From Lama guanicoe (Eukaryota), in contig MU054117.1 of the NCBI GenBank assembly GCA_013239625.1, forward strand, positions 2,790,011 to 2,854,010: a stretch of DNA of 64,000 nucleotides, read 5' to 3'. Below, piece by piece: positions 51,831 through 64,000 of this stretch. Within the stretch, counting starts at the first letter, position 1. Every line of letters starts with the position of its first letter. The notes beneath the pieces were generated by a model, which saw only the letters and a list, made by a program, of their open reading frames with translations, did not search any database and had not been told where the DNA came from. Position numbers and translations under genes: made by a program.

Positions 51831-52172
51831 CTGTGGACTTATCTGCGCCCCCGAGACTCATGTGTTGAAACCCCAGCTCCCCGTGTGACGGTGTCGGAGC
51901 TGAGGCTTCAGGGGGGTAGTCAGGTCGTGAGGGTGGAGCCTCAAGAATGGGATTAATGCCATTGTGAGAGGCCTTGCTTCCACGCCTGCTCTCCAGCAAG
52001 AATACAAGGAGAAGACGGCCACGTGCAAACAGGCCACAGGTCCTCACCGGACACCGGGTCTGCTGGCACCTTGACCTTGGACTTCGCAGCCTCCAGCCTG
52101 TCAGAAATAAATGTTTGTTGTGTAAGTCATCCAGGCTACAGTGATTTGTTACAGCAGCCTGAACTAAGACAC
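51831..52172 (+). mobile_element. MLT1A-type MaLR solo LTR nested in L1
   Basis: tgtggactt...catgtgttgaaacccc...ctgctggcaccttgaccttggacttc...gttacagcagcctgaactaagaca. Confidence 0.85.
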
Positions 52173-54369
52173 ACATGCGTGGGCATTTGTGGAGTGCAGT
52201 TTAAACAACCTTCGGAGGGCAATGTACAGCTTTAAGTGCTTCCATTAGACAAAAAGGAAGGTACAAAACCAGTGACCAGAGCTCCCAGCTTACACAGCTG
52301 GAGACGGAAGAGCAAACACAGCCTAAGTTTAAGGAAGGAAGTAGTAAAGGGGAGACCAGAAGTCAATGAAGTAGCAATCAGACGTTAGAGGAACCCACTG
52401 AGTCGAAAGTTGTTGTTTGAACAGTAAGTAAGTTGAAAACATTTAGCTAAATTGATCAAGAAAGAAAACAGAGAAAACACAAATTATAATATCATAAATG
52501 AAGGCGAGGACGTTATTACAGATCGTAGAGACATGCGACAGGTGACTAGAGGGTATTATGACAATGTCAACACCCGTCTATTTGACATTTCAACTGAATG
52601 AATAAATCCCTTCGCAAAGTATGTCAAGGCTGATGTAAGTATACATAGAAAACCTAAAAGAGCCGTCTAGTAAATAAATTAAATTCGTACTTAAAATTTT
52701 TCCCACAAAAAGGACTCCAGACCCAGACGGTTTTATTGGTGAATTTTACTAAACTTAAAAAAAAAAAATCCAACCTCATGCAAACTTTTTCAGAAGATAC
52801 ACAAGGAGCGAACACGTCCTAATCTGTGTGGTGAACCTGGCAGAACTTTGATTACCGGAGGAGGTATGAGAGAATCACAGGTCAGCATCCCCCATCAAAG
52901 TAGACAGAAAAATCTGCGACAAAATACTTGCAAATAAAACCAAGCACTGTTATAAAGGATAATACGTCGTGACAGAGCGCTGGGCCGACATTTGACACCA
53001 GGCTATGGAGTTCAGCACATTAACAGAACAGAAGAGAAGAGCTGTGCACAGTTTCAAGCAATGTATAAAAAGCACGTGACAGAATTCAACACCAATTCAT
53101 GATAAAAGCTCTTAGCAAATTAGAAACAGAAGAGACCTTTTTCAATCCGATAAAAGACGTTCACAGAAGGCTCACAGCCAAAGTCATACTGGGGACAGTT
53201 ACATGTCATTGGAGTAAAGGGACGGTGGCAATTCCCTTCTCATCTATTCCGTGTTTTGCTGCTGCTAGTCCTCGCCAGTGCAATTAAGCAGGGGGGAAAA
53301 CAAGAAATGAAAAACACATAGATAGGAAAAAAAGAAATACATTGTCTTCATTTACAAGTGACAAGATTGTTTTCAAAGAAAAATAAAGGAATCTACAGAT
53401 AAATTCCACTAGAATTCATACATGAGGTGAGCGAGGCCGCAGAATAGAGGATCGCTGTGTATACACTAACACAAAACAATTGGAAAATGAAATTTCAAAC
53501 ATATCCTACCCAAGACTGTGAAGTGTCATAGAATCAAATAGTTAAGAATACGTCTAAAGAAAGAAATACAAGACCTCTATGTTGAAATCTATGACACATT
53601 TTTCAGAGAGAAATTAAACAAGACCTAACTAAATGGAGAGTGGTTTCACCGATTGAAAGACTCAATATTACTAAGACGTCAGTTCTCCCCAAATTGACCT
53701 ATAGATTCAGCGTAATTTCAATCAACTCCAGGAGGTTATTCTGTATGAATTAACAAGCTGGTTTTAAAATGTGGTTGGAAACGCAATGGATCCAGGAAAA
53801 CGGAAGTAATCTTGTAAAAGAACTAAGCTGGAGGACTCGCAGCCCTTTATTTCAGAGTTAATATAAAGCTACAGTAGCCAAGTGACAGTCGAATCGATAC
53901 ATGAATGAAACAGTTCACAGAGGCCACCCACACACAGTCAATTGATTTTCTGACGAAAGTGGCAAGTTAATTCAATGGGGAAAACGCTATTCTATCCAGC
54001 AAATGGCGCTTGGACCATCAATTTGTGTGAAAAAGTGAACTCACCCCCCTAACTTACACCATATACAAAAATTAGTTTGACATGAATCAAGGACCTACAA
54101 GTAAGAAGCTTTGAGTAGAAGCAGCCAGACACGAAAGTGTACAGACTGTGCGATTCCATTTAAGTGAAGTTCTAGGAATGGCAGAGGGGGGCTTTGGTGG
54201 TAGAAATTAGGTCGTTGTTTGTCGGGAGTGGGCGTGAGGATTACCTGCACGTGCGCATGGAACACTTTCTGGAATGACGGAAGTATTCTGTATGTTGAGT
54301 ACAGTGTTGGTTACACAGGTGTACATTAGTCAAAACTTATATAATTAACCATGTGTTTAAAATCTGTGC

Positions 54370-54455
54370 TTTTTTTCTTCTTGATTTTTCTTAATGGAGA
54401 CTGAACCCAGGACCTCATGCATGCTAAGCATGTGCTCTACCACTGAGCTATACCC
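54370..54455 (-). mobile_element. tRNA-Ala-derived camelid-type SINE (Vic-1-like)
   Basis: Reverse complement GGGTATAGCTCAGTGGTAGAGCACATGCTTAGCATGCATGAGGTCCTGGGTTCAGTCTCCATTAAGAAAAA: A box, AGC anticodon arm, B-box start, A-rich tail. Confidence 0.85.
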
Positions 54456-54859
54456 GTCTGCTTCTTACTGTATGCAAGTTATATTTTAAAAAATTATACT
54501 GAAATTACACTAAAGGAGTCCAGTTTTATTGATGACTAGTTAGAGTGTTTGCTAATGGCTTGAATGGATGAAGATCCCTGCGTCACCACCATACGCAGGT
54601 TAATCATGTTCTCCTTGGTTTGGAGATGGTTGTAGTGGGTAATCTAGTCCTTCCTTATCCCAAAGCACTTAAATATTAGTGGCTAGAGAAACATGTTTTC
54701 TATTCCTAAATACAAGCAAGCAAAAAAAGTGCACACACAAAAAGCCTCCTTTAATAACCTGTTAAATGACAAATCTCTCACCATGGCAGAAAGTTCTGCT
54801 TTGCGTCTAACTTAAATCTCTCGTGCTGTGTTTGAACCCATCCTTTTGGTTTCTGATAA

Positions 54860-55513
<654 letters not shown>

Positions 55514-55589
55514 TGAAACCTGTTCTGGTGTCATCATTGCCTTAGAGTCCTTAGTCCCTCTGTGGGCTTGAGAGGCAGGGGAGGGTGGC

Positions 55590-55805
55590 TACGCCGGTGA
55601 GCTCGGGTTAGAATCTCTGCTCCTCCACCCTTGAGATGTGTGACCGTGGACAGTTTGCTTTTCTGCACCTTGGTTTCCCCATCTATAAAATGGGCATAAT
55701 AATAGTACCTTGCTCGTGGAGAGATTCTGGGGAGTGAATGAGTCTAATACGTAAGCCAAGTGCTTAGAACAGCGCCTGGCATAAGTCAAATGCTCGGTTT
55801 TAATA
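55590..55805 (+). mobile_element. MIR SINE
   Basis: gtgtgaccgtggacag...cttggtttccccatctataaaatgggcataataatagtacct...cttagaacagcgcctggcata. Confidence 0.85.
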
Positions 55806-58296
55806 CAGTTGGAGCCCAGGGATGCAACAAGATACTCTTCCTCTGTTCTTTAAAGGCAAGTTGGTAGACTGAAATTCTGCTGACCCGGCTGCTGCAGCTT
55901 CTCCAGCTGGAGGTGGCGGAGGCTGACCTCCGGAGAAGGCCCCACAGTGTAGCTGCACGCAGCCTGATGGCTGGGGGGTGGGAGGAGGGGAGGGTGCTGG
56001 GAGGGTCCGGAGCCAGGGAGAAACTGAGAAGCAAGAGCTCTGAGCTGCAGGCTGACATTTGAAAACTGCAGCGGCTCAGGGGCTGGAAAGTGGAGATTCA
56101 TCTTGATCAAAATTCACAGCGCACTGCGGTCAACACAGGATGCGCACAGGGCCCCCAGTGCCGAGGCCCATGGGGGCTTTCGGTGGGCCTTCAGTCTCTG
56201 TGCACTTGGCTGGGTTGTCCTATAGCCTGTCCTAAGACCACCCCTGCCGGATCCTGGCTGATCAGAACCCTCCGTATCCCCGAGGCTCCCCACCTCAGCG
56301 CTAGGCCCTAGGCCCCCAGCAGGACGGCAGTCCTGCTCCGTGCCTGAGCGCCTGACCTGACACTGCGCTTGGCTGGAGAGGGTCTCCGGGACACGGGGGC
56401 TGTCCTCAGGGCACCTCGGGTGTGGCTTTGACCGGGACAGCTGAGGTGCACGTTGAGGGTACGGGGCCAGCCCAGATGTCCACGGTCAAGGCCTTCTTCA
56501 CCAGGACCACCCCTCCCCACCTTCCAGCCTTCCTTCACCAGGTCCTCCTCCCCACAATGGGGGCTTCCGGCCAAGGGACAGACTCCCCTTCCCAGGCGCT
56601 TGCAGAGCCTCAGGGCTGGACGTGAGCCCTCCTGTGACCCCAGCGCCCACCCGCCCTCCCTCTCAGTGTGGCTCTGAGGCCTGGGCCTGGGCCAGGGGCG
56701 CGGGAGCCCAGGGCTGAGCAGGGAAAGGCAAGGCTGCCTGTCATCGCTTCCTGGTGGTGGGGGTTCCAGCCACGAGCTGTCAGGAGGCCCCGCTCGCGCC
56801 TTCCAGCCCTGGCCACTTGTCCCATTCTGTCTGTCTCCTAGATTTTTGCTGTACCAGCTTTTCTGTAAACGGCTTGGCCCCAGTTAGCTGGGCTCACTGC
56901 ACAGTTTCTCCTGCTCTGAGCTCTTCTCAGTGAGGGAGACGGGGTGGCGGGAGACAGAGGAAATGGACAGGGAACTGAGACAGAGGGACAGACGTGAAAA
57001 GAGAAATGGAGAGAAAGGGACAGAAAGACAGACAGAGAGGAGGGCTGGGGAGGTGGGGGAGCAGCCCAGCACCCCTCCTCCCAGGAGCACCAGTGCTCCC
57101 TCACCACGGCCACGGGAGACAGGGATGATGACTTGACTGAGGAGGACGCGGAGGCTCAGGGGGTGGCAGCGGCCGGGTGGGGATCCAGGCTGCCCGGCTG
57201 TGGGTCCTGGTCCTTCACCGCCAATCTCAGAGGCCTCTTGCAGGGGAGGGTGACATGGCAGGGAGCCGAGAGGCCTGGCGAGAGACCCAGTCCCCTGGAC
57301 AGTGGGCTCGAAGGCCACAAGCCCCGGTAGCCCAGGAAAGGGCTCCTCCGCCCGGGACCTGAGCCCTGGCCGGGATCTGCCTCCTTCAGCCAGTGAGTGG
57401 CCCCTTCCTGACCCCATGGGCGCCCTCACCCACTCGAAGATTTGCCGGGGGCCCCCTCCCCCACCGTGCCCACCGTGCCCACCGTGCCCCGACGCAAATA
57501 CTCTCCCCAAGGCCCTGGGCAGTCGGGGGCCCCGGAGTGGGAAGAGGGGGCCCATGGCCCGAGTAGCCGGCCTCTGAGGGGGCAGCTGGGGAGGCGACCA
57601 CAGGTCCTCGCAGCTGCCGCTCTGCTCCGGGCGCCCCGGCCTCCCCGCCTGGCCCAGGTCCCCAGCCCCTAGGCTGGGCCCTGATTCCTGCTGTTCCCAC
57701 GAGGGCCTGCTCTCAGCGGGTGGTCGATTAATTTCTTAAATACCTGGGCCCTTTGCTTAGGAGACTTGGGGAAACTGGAAAGGCTTCTAGACGAAAAAGA
57801 ATCAATTCTTTTAAATGTGGAAGCTGCGGAAGGAGTGAGTTAACACCTGCGGGGCGCGGAGGGATCTTAAGATGCCAGAGGCCATGAATCGGCATTTTCC
57901 CAAGAGTCTCGTTCAGCCAGGGAGGCCTGGGGGTGGGAGGGCCGCGGACAACGTCAGGGGGACCCACAGCCACTCTGGCCATGGCCCTGCCTCCCGCATC
58001 CTCTCCTGGGAGGGCGGTGGCTGCACCAGGAGAGTGAGTCCGCCCAGCTCCTCCCGGACCTCCCCGCTCAGAGGCCAGGCCCTCCGTGCCGGGGCAGAGG
58101 CGGCCCGACGTGGTGGGGGGGCCACCGGCCTGTGCGTCCGGAGGGCTGCGGGTCAGTTTTGAATCTGCCGCGAAGTAGCCAAGTGGCTGCGGACGAGCCA
58201 CTGCGCCCCTCTGGGCCTCAGCGCCGCCATCCGGAAACTGGCCCTGGATGTGCTGTGGTTCTGACGCGCTGCTCCTCTGTCCTCTGTCCTTTCTAG

Positions 58297-58401
<105 letters not shown>

Positions 58402-59149
58402 TGAGGGCCTTGTCCTTCCTTGTCTGGGAGGCGGAGGCTGACGGGAAGGTGGAGGCCAGTCAAGGCCCGGTTAGCAGGACTGTGCCCCCGGGGCTCGGAG
58501 GTTCCCAGGCCACGGCAGCCACGGGCACGTGTGTCCCAGCGCAGCGAGCAGAGAGCCCAGCCTGAGGCCGAACCCTTCATTCCCAGGCCCTCTGCTCGGC
58601 CCTGGCTGTAGGCACCTCTTAGTTTTGCAAGATGGCAACTCCCTCCTCCCCGTCCCTCTCCTCCGCCCCCAGCCCCACCTCTCCTGTCACCACCTGGTGG
58701 CGTCCTGGCAGACCCCAGGCGCTGTCTCTGTGGTCCTCCATGCCCACAGGTCCTCTGCGGATGGAGCTGTCTTGGCAATCAGGTTAACTTGGGAGTGGGG
58801 CCTCCTTTCAGCTGGAGTCTGAATTTAAAGAGAGTGGGGCGTTCCCTTCCCTTCCTCCCCTCACCCCTTCCCCAGGCATTGGCAGCATTCCCAGCCCCTC
58901 CCTCCAGGACCCCTCCCTCTGGGACCCTCTTGAACACGCTCACCCCGATAGGGGTCTCTGATCAGAACACCTGTACCGTCCATCAGTTGGCGGGGTGAGG
59001 TTTAGTCCTCAGGCCCTGGGCTGAGCAGGGCAGGGGAGGGTGGGCGGATCACGCAGTGTCTGTGAACTAGGAAACGAGGTTGGGGATTTTCCTATTTTGG
59101 AGAGTGCTAAGTTGGGGAGGAGGCTTCTCAGGGGAGGACGGGTTGGAGC

Positions 59150-60060
59150 AGGTGGCGTGTACCCAGAGTGGGGGCAGAGGCAGTCAGAGGCTCCAGGGAG
59201 AGGTGCTGCGGCGTGAGTGGAGGCAGCGAGGAGTGACCACGTGGGCTGTGCTGGCGACAGAAGCGAGAGGCCGCGCTGCCGGGCCGCAGGGGTGAGGGAG
59301 ACCAGACAGAAGCAGGGCTGGTAACGGGGTGTGCAGTGGAGCTCTCCTGGGCTGACGGGAGGGAGGGAGGCTAGGTCTGGGAGCCCAGGGGAGATGCAGG
59401 TGGACGTGAGGAGTGAGGCCTGGACATGGGGCTGGGGCCGGCATTCCAGGGAGAGCTGGAGCGTGCGCGGCATACGGACCTTGTTTAGAGCCACAGGACG
59501 AGGTCACTCAGGGATGACGAGGGGCGAGAAATGGGCCCTGGGGCATTCCAGCATTCGAGGGTCAAGCCGAGGGAAGGGGCCAGCAAGAGGCAGAGGAGAC
59601 ATTTTCACATATACTCGGTAGAGATGCTGACGGACGTTCGGGACAGAGGAGTGAAGGAGGAGGCCACTAAGGGATCCAGTGAGGTGACAGTAAAGACGTG
59701 ACCTCTGACCTCTGAATTCCGGTGTCGGCTGAGGGTGTTGCTGTTCTTAACAAGAGCAGACTCGATGGAGGGGAGGGGACCGCGTCCAGGTAAAGCAGGT
59801 TAAGGAGAGACTGAGTGCGGCTGTAAACAACTTCCTGCTGTGACGGGAAACAGAGAACCGAACTGTAGCTACAGGGGGCGTGAGGCCAAGGGAGGGAGGT
59901 GTTTCTTAAGGTTGGGAGATAGGAAAACATGTGTGTGATCCAGCTGTCCAGCAGAGACAGAAACCTGGCAGACTGGGGGGAAAGTGAACTCAGCAGTGAG
60001 GCCCTGGAGGAGGTAAGCGGGGTGGGGCCCAGAGCCCGGCGGAGGGGTGGGCCTTCCTCC
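59150..60060 (-). mobile_element. L2 LINE remnant (minus)
   Basis: Purine-rich; gaggctaggtctgggag..., gccctggggcattccagcattcgagggtc, ttaacaagagcagact. Confidence 0.55.
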
Positions 60061-63000
60061 TTGCAGAAGGGACAGCTAACCGCAGCAGCAGAGGGGACGT
60101 GGGAGAGCGGGTCGGAAGGTCTCGGGAAGCCCCCGATCTGCTGCTTCCAGCTTCTCAGTGACAAGGGAGACCACCGCTGGCAGGGGGGGCGGGAGGGGAG
60201 GGGGTAAGTGTTTTGAAGGGGGAGGAGAAATGGCGGGATGGCCTTGCCGAGGGAGGGCGGGCTGGTGCGGACCGTGGGGGAGGTCAGCGCCCGTTGGAGG
60301 TGAGCAGACACGGATCTGTAGGCCAGTCCTCCCTGGTGGGTGACAGTTTCTGGCCATGCTTAGCAGCTGGGGTGGGAGCGGAGACGGGGCCGCCTGGATC
60401 TGGGCGTTGCTGGGGACCCAGAGGAGGGAAGGAGGAGCCAGCAGCTGGTGACAGTGAGGCCCACGGTGTCTCCACTGGGTGAGGAGGTAGCAGGGAAGTG
60501 AGGGGGGCGGCGGCGGGTGGGGCCGGGAGCTGAGTCCAGGCCTCCTTCCAGCCTGCGTAGGGGAGACATGGCCCAGGAGCCCTGACCTCCATCTCGGGGT
60601 CCAGCTCTGCTGGCTCACAAGGAGGCCAGATCGCTCTGCATGGTCCTCAGGAAAGCCCTTGACCTGGGCAGAAGGGGCTGAGCGGGAGCCTCTGGACTTG
60701 CCCATTCAAGATGGGAAAAGAAAACCCGGAGCATCTTCGCTGCCTTTTGTGTCCTTTCCACGGCTTCCTTCACAGTCTCATTTTCTGACAAGACTTTCCA
60801 GGCTCATCTCGCACTTTCCACATCTCTGTTCTCGGTCCAGTGGCTTCTCCAAGGAGTCTTGGGTCCACTTAGTGGATGTGGGGCTAGGTGTGCTCTTCGA
60901 TTTTAGGGTGTCAGGGCCCCCGGGCTGTCTCAGTGGGAAGAACTCGTGTGTGAGCGTCAGGGGTGTGGAAGCACACTTACAGAGCGTGTTTCCGCGTCCA
61001 TCTACGCACATCAAGGAGGCGTTCACATGACGCCCCTGCGTCTAATTCAGTGTCTCAGGGCCTGCTTTCATCTTTCCCCCCTTTTCTTTGTGACTCCTTT
61101 CTCTGACAGTGACACCCTGGCTCCCATTCTTAATATGTGTACATGTTGGATCAGTCTCTGTAGGTGAAGTTGCCCGCTGTCACCTCCTCTGGCCCATGCA
61201 ACCTGCCACCTATGCTGGGCTCTGACCCCGGTGCTGGGCAGCCCCCAACAGGGGCACCTCCTCTCTGGGCTCAGGCTCCGGTGGGCGGAGCCGGCCTGCC
61301 CCTGCACACAGGCCTTCCCGACCGTGGCCTTCACCTTCCCGCCCAGGCCCCCCTCCACGGGGATGCCCTGCTCACCACTTGTGCTCTCCAGCCTCAGACC
61401 CCACCTGGCCTGTTGTGGGACCCATAGCCCCCCCCCCAGGCATTTGGGCATCTGGTTTGCTCAGCCCACCTCGTGGCTTCCAGATGGAATTGTCCTGTGC
61501 TCTGTATTTTGATGGCTCACACTGGGTTCCGTGCTGTGGAGGTAAAGGCCCCAGAGGGACGAACCACTGTCCCCAGGTGAATAGCCTCTCCAGCAACTCA
61601 GAGCCTTTCCTGCCCCTCACACACTCCAGACCCAGGGGGGACTCCAGGCGGGAGGCGGGGCCTCGTCAAGGCAAAGCCGTCTCCATTTCCTCCTCTCCAG
61701 GGGAAGCAACAGGTCGGGGAGCGGCCGGCGCCCAGGCCCTGCCTCCGCTGATGCACTGGAAAGAGGACAGCTTGGCTCCCACGGAAATGCTTCTGAAAGG
61801 CTGCGACAGCCAACTGTGTGGGTCTTGGGAGTGTAGGTGTAGGGACATGAATAGCAACCCGGGGCACAGGATACCTGCTCCCCGGAACCAGTCAGCCTCC
61901 CTCCCTCCCCACCTCCACGCGGCCGCCCGCGGCCTCGGTGCAGCCGCAGGGCTCCTGCCGCCCGCTTGGCCGGTGCACGTGCTCGGGCTCCTCTCTGACG
62001 GCCACCCCGGCAGCCTCCCGTCCCCTCCCCTTCCCTGCCCAGGAAACTGGTGGGCCGCGGGTGCTTAGAAAGGTAGGTTCCCTTGTGAAGGCTGACAGAG
62101 CAGCTCAGGGAGTCATATAGGTTTTTCAGTTCTAGAAAAAAATATTGTAATCCACTTGATTTACTTCTCAGAAAACTCAAGGAGAGAACTGACCCTTCGT
62201 CTCTTCCTCTGCCTGGGTACGTCCTCGAGCCTGGGTATCACAGACGGAGGGTCCTGGGCGCAGCCCGACACGCGGGGAGGAGCAGGCAGGGCTGTCGGGT
62301 GACTGCCATCCCTGAGCACCCGCTCCGGGGGGCTGTATCCCGGCGCAGCTTGCAGGGTTGCCGGGGGCTTAGCGGCAATGCACTGGAGGGCCTCGCACGG
62401 ACCTCGTGGGTGACGGGTGCCCAGCAAGCCGTCACTGTAGGTCCTTCCGGCTTCATGTTCTGCATTCTGCTCGCTCCTGGCCGCATGCTCCAAGCCTTTT
62501 ATAGACGATGCTTGACTTCTCTGTTCCTGCGGCACCTCTCTGGGCTTGGAGGAATCACCCAGTCCTGGGACGGTACCCCTGATGGAGTCCCCCCCGCAAC
62601 AGCCCCGGGGCTGTGAGAGCACGTCCTGCCCCTGAGGAGGAAGCTGCCTCCCTGCAGTCCTAACCAGTGCTCTGTGTCCTCCCTGCAGGACCGCAGGGTG
62701 GGGGGGCTCCCCCTCACTGGGTGGCCTGTCTCCCCCATCTCCAGGCTGCCCATCCCAGTCCCTTCACCCTGTGCTGTGGTTTCAACCCCCTTCTCCCTGG
62801 TCCTGCTTTGGCGTCCCTCTTGCAGAGGACCCAGCAGGGTGACCAGAAGGGCCCAGAGGCTGCCCTGCTCCAGTGCGGCTCCAGGCCCCACAGCGGTTGT
62901 GGAGAATCTGAGCCACACATGGCTGCCAAGCCACACGTGGCTCCTAACCTGTGCTGGGCCCGTGGATGTCGTGAATTTTCATTCACATCCAGCCTCATGT

Positions 63001-63368
63001 TGTTAGATTCCATCCTTCCCTACAGACGGCTAGGACTCCCCAGGGTCATTGTCCCCTGCGCGGTGTCACCTGCGTTCTGATAGGAGCCCTGGGGGTGTGG
63101 GGACCCTCCTGCGGTCTGGCCCGGTCCAGCTGTGACTACAGGCAGGGAGCAGCTGTGAATCCATGTGATGACCGGCCCCCTCCCCGCCGGGAGGCCGTGG
63201 AGGTAAGGCCTCGTCGGGTGCCTGCGTGGGACTGCACATCCAATTCTGCTAGATGAACTTGCCATCTGACCTTCTGTGCCTCCATTTCCTGCTCTGTGAA
63301 ATGGGGATAATAGTGGCAGAGACCACAGAAGGTCATTATGAGCAAGACAGAGTGACCGTCTGGAAAAC

Positions 63369-63546
63369 CACGGTGTGCTGCAGCCTCTTGTTAAATTTTC
63401 AGTAAATCCGTGGAATGGATGCAGGTGCTTTGGTGGCTTGAAATTGGCCACAGTGGGAGTATTTACACGGAGAAATCAGCAAATGCTACAAATCAGGGCT
63501 TCCTTCCTGGGCAGCGGGTTGTTAAGCGTCCGCCAGCGCCTCCCTG
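63369..63546. mobile_element. MER63-type hAT-Blackjack element
   Basis: ggtgtgctg...ttgttaaattttcag...gcttgaaattggccacagtgggagtatttacac...aaatgctacaaatcagggct. Confidence 0.75.
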
Positions 63547-64000
63547 TGGGCAGCAGGACTGCGCGCAGTGCACGGTGCGCGGTGTCAGCAGTTGCTGTTA
63601 TAGTTTTGGTCATTAACTTGACTAAAAACCTGTCAAAACAAGGGCCGAGATTAACCGGATATAATTGTTTTTAAGGAACCTGTACCAGCAGCTCCTGACG
63701 ATGCTTCCTCCTCTCCTCACTGCTCGAGAGGCGGTCCCTGAATAAGCTCAGAACTGGGTGCCATGCACCCGGCCCTACAGGTGCTGTCAGCCACCCCAGA
63801 GGCCCTGTCCTGGGTGCCTGGGAGTCAGCGGAGAACTTGGCAGACAAGGTCGTGCTCTTGTGATGCTCACAGCCTCAGGGAGGGGACAGACACAAAAGCC
63901 AGTGGACAAACAGCATCACTGTAGAATTCCAGACGGTGACAGCACTTTGGAAAAACAGGACAGAGAACTTGAGAGAACTGGGGGTCCCCTCTGGATGGGG

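Larger units (their letters stand above)
51343..54500 (+). mobile_element. Old L1 ORF2 and 3' UTR remnant (degenerate), interrupted by MLT1A and a SINE
   Basis: YRTLAPQRADCAFFSSAH and MIKALSKLETEETFFNPIK ORF2-like peptides; ctccccaaattgacctatagattca motif. Confidence 0.85.

Noticed and set aside
54370..54455. tRNA-Ala gene
   Set aside because: T arm/acceptor stem incomplete and A-rich tail present, so a SINE

Overview
Mammalian genomic DNA, probably camelid (a Vic-1-type tRNA-Ala-derived SINE is present; I saw no Alu, B1, Bov-A/BovB, PRE1 or CAN-SINE). The window holds the 5' half of PRMT8 (neuronal type I protein arginine methyltransferase) on the + strand: a CpG-island promoter and coding exons 1-4 (10303-10377, 43920-44105, 55127-55282, 58297-58360; residues 1-160, all GT-AG introns, intron 1 = 33.5 kb). 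Exon 5 onward is not in the window. The rest is intron/flank with L1, L2, MIR, MaLR/ERVL LTRs, DNA transposons and microsatellites; nearly all other ORFs in the track are chance frames. Best leads: (1) a stop-start-coupled upstream ATG that opens a spliced 198-codon alternative frame across all four PRMT8 exons; (2) an intron-1 module with an RE1/REST site, two perfect MEF2 sites and paired CATATG E-boxes; (3) a 167-bp MIR-derived cassette triplicated inside a CAT/CAC array; (4) an old ~300-bp local duplication with a nuclear-receptor DR0-like core; (5) nested and chimeric L1 structures. Repeat family names are from recalled consensus sequences and their boundaries are approximate.
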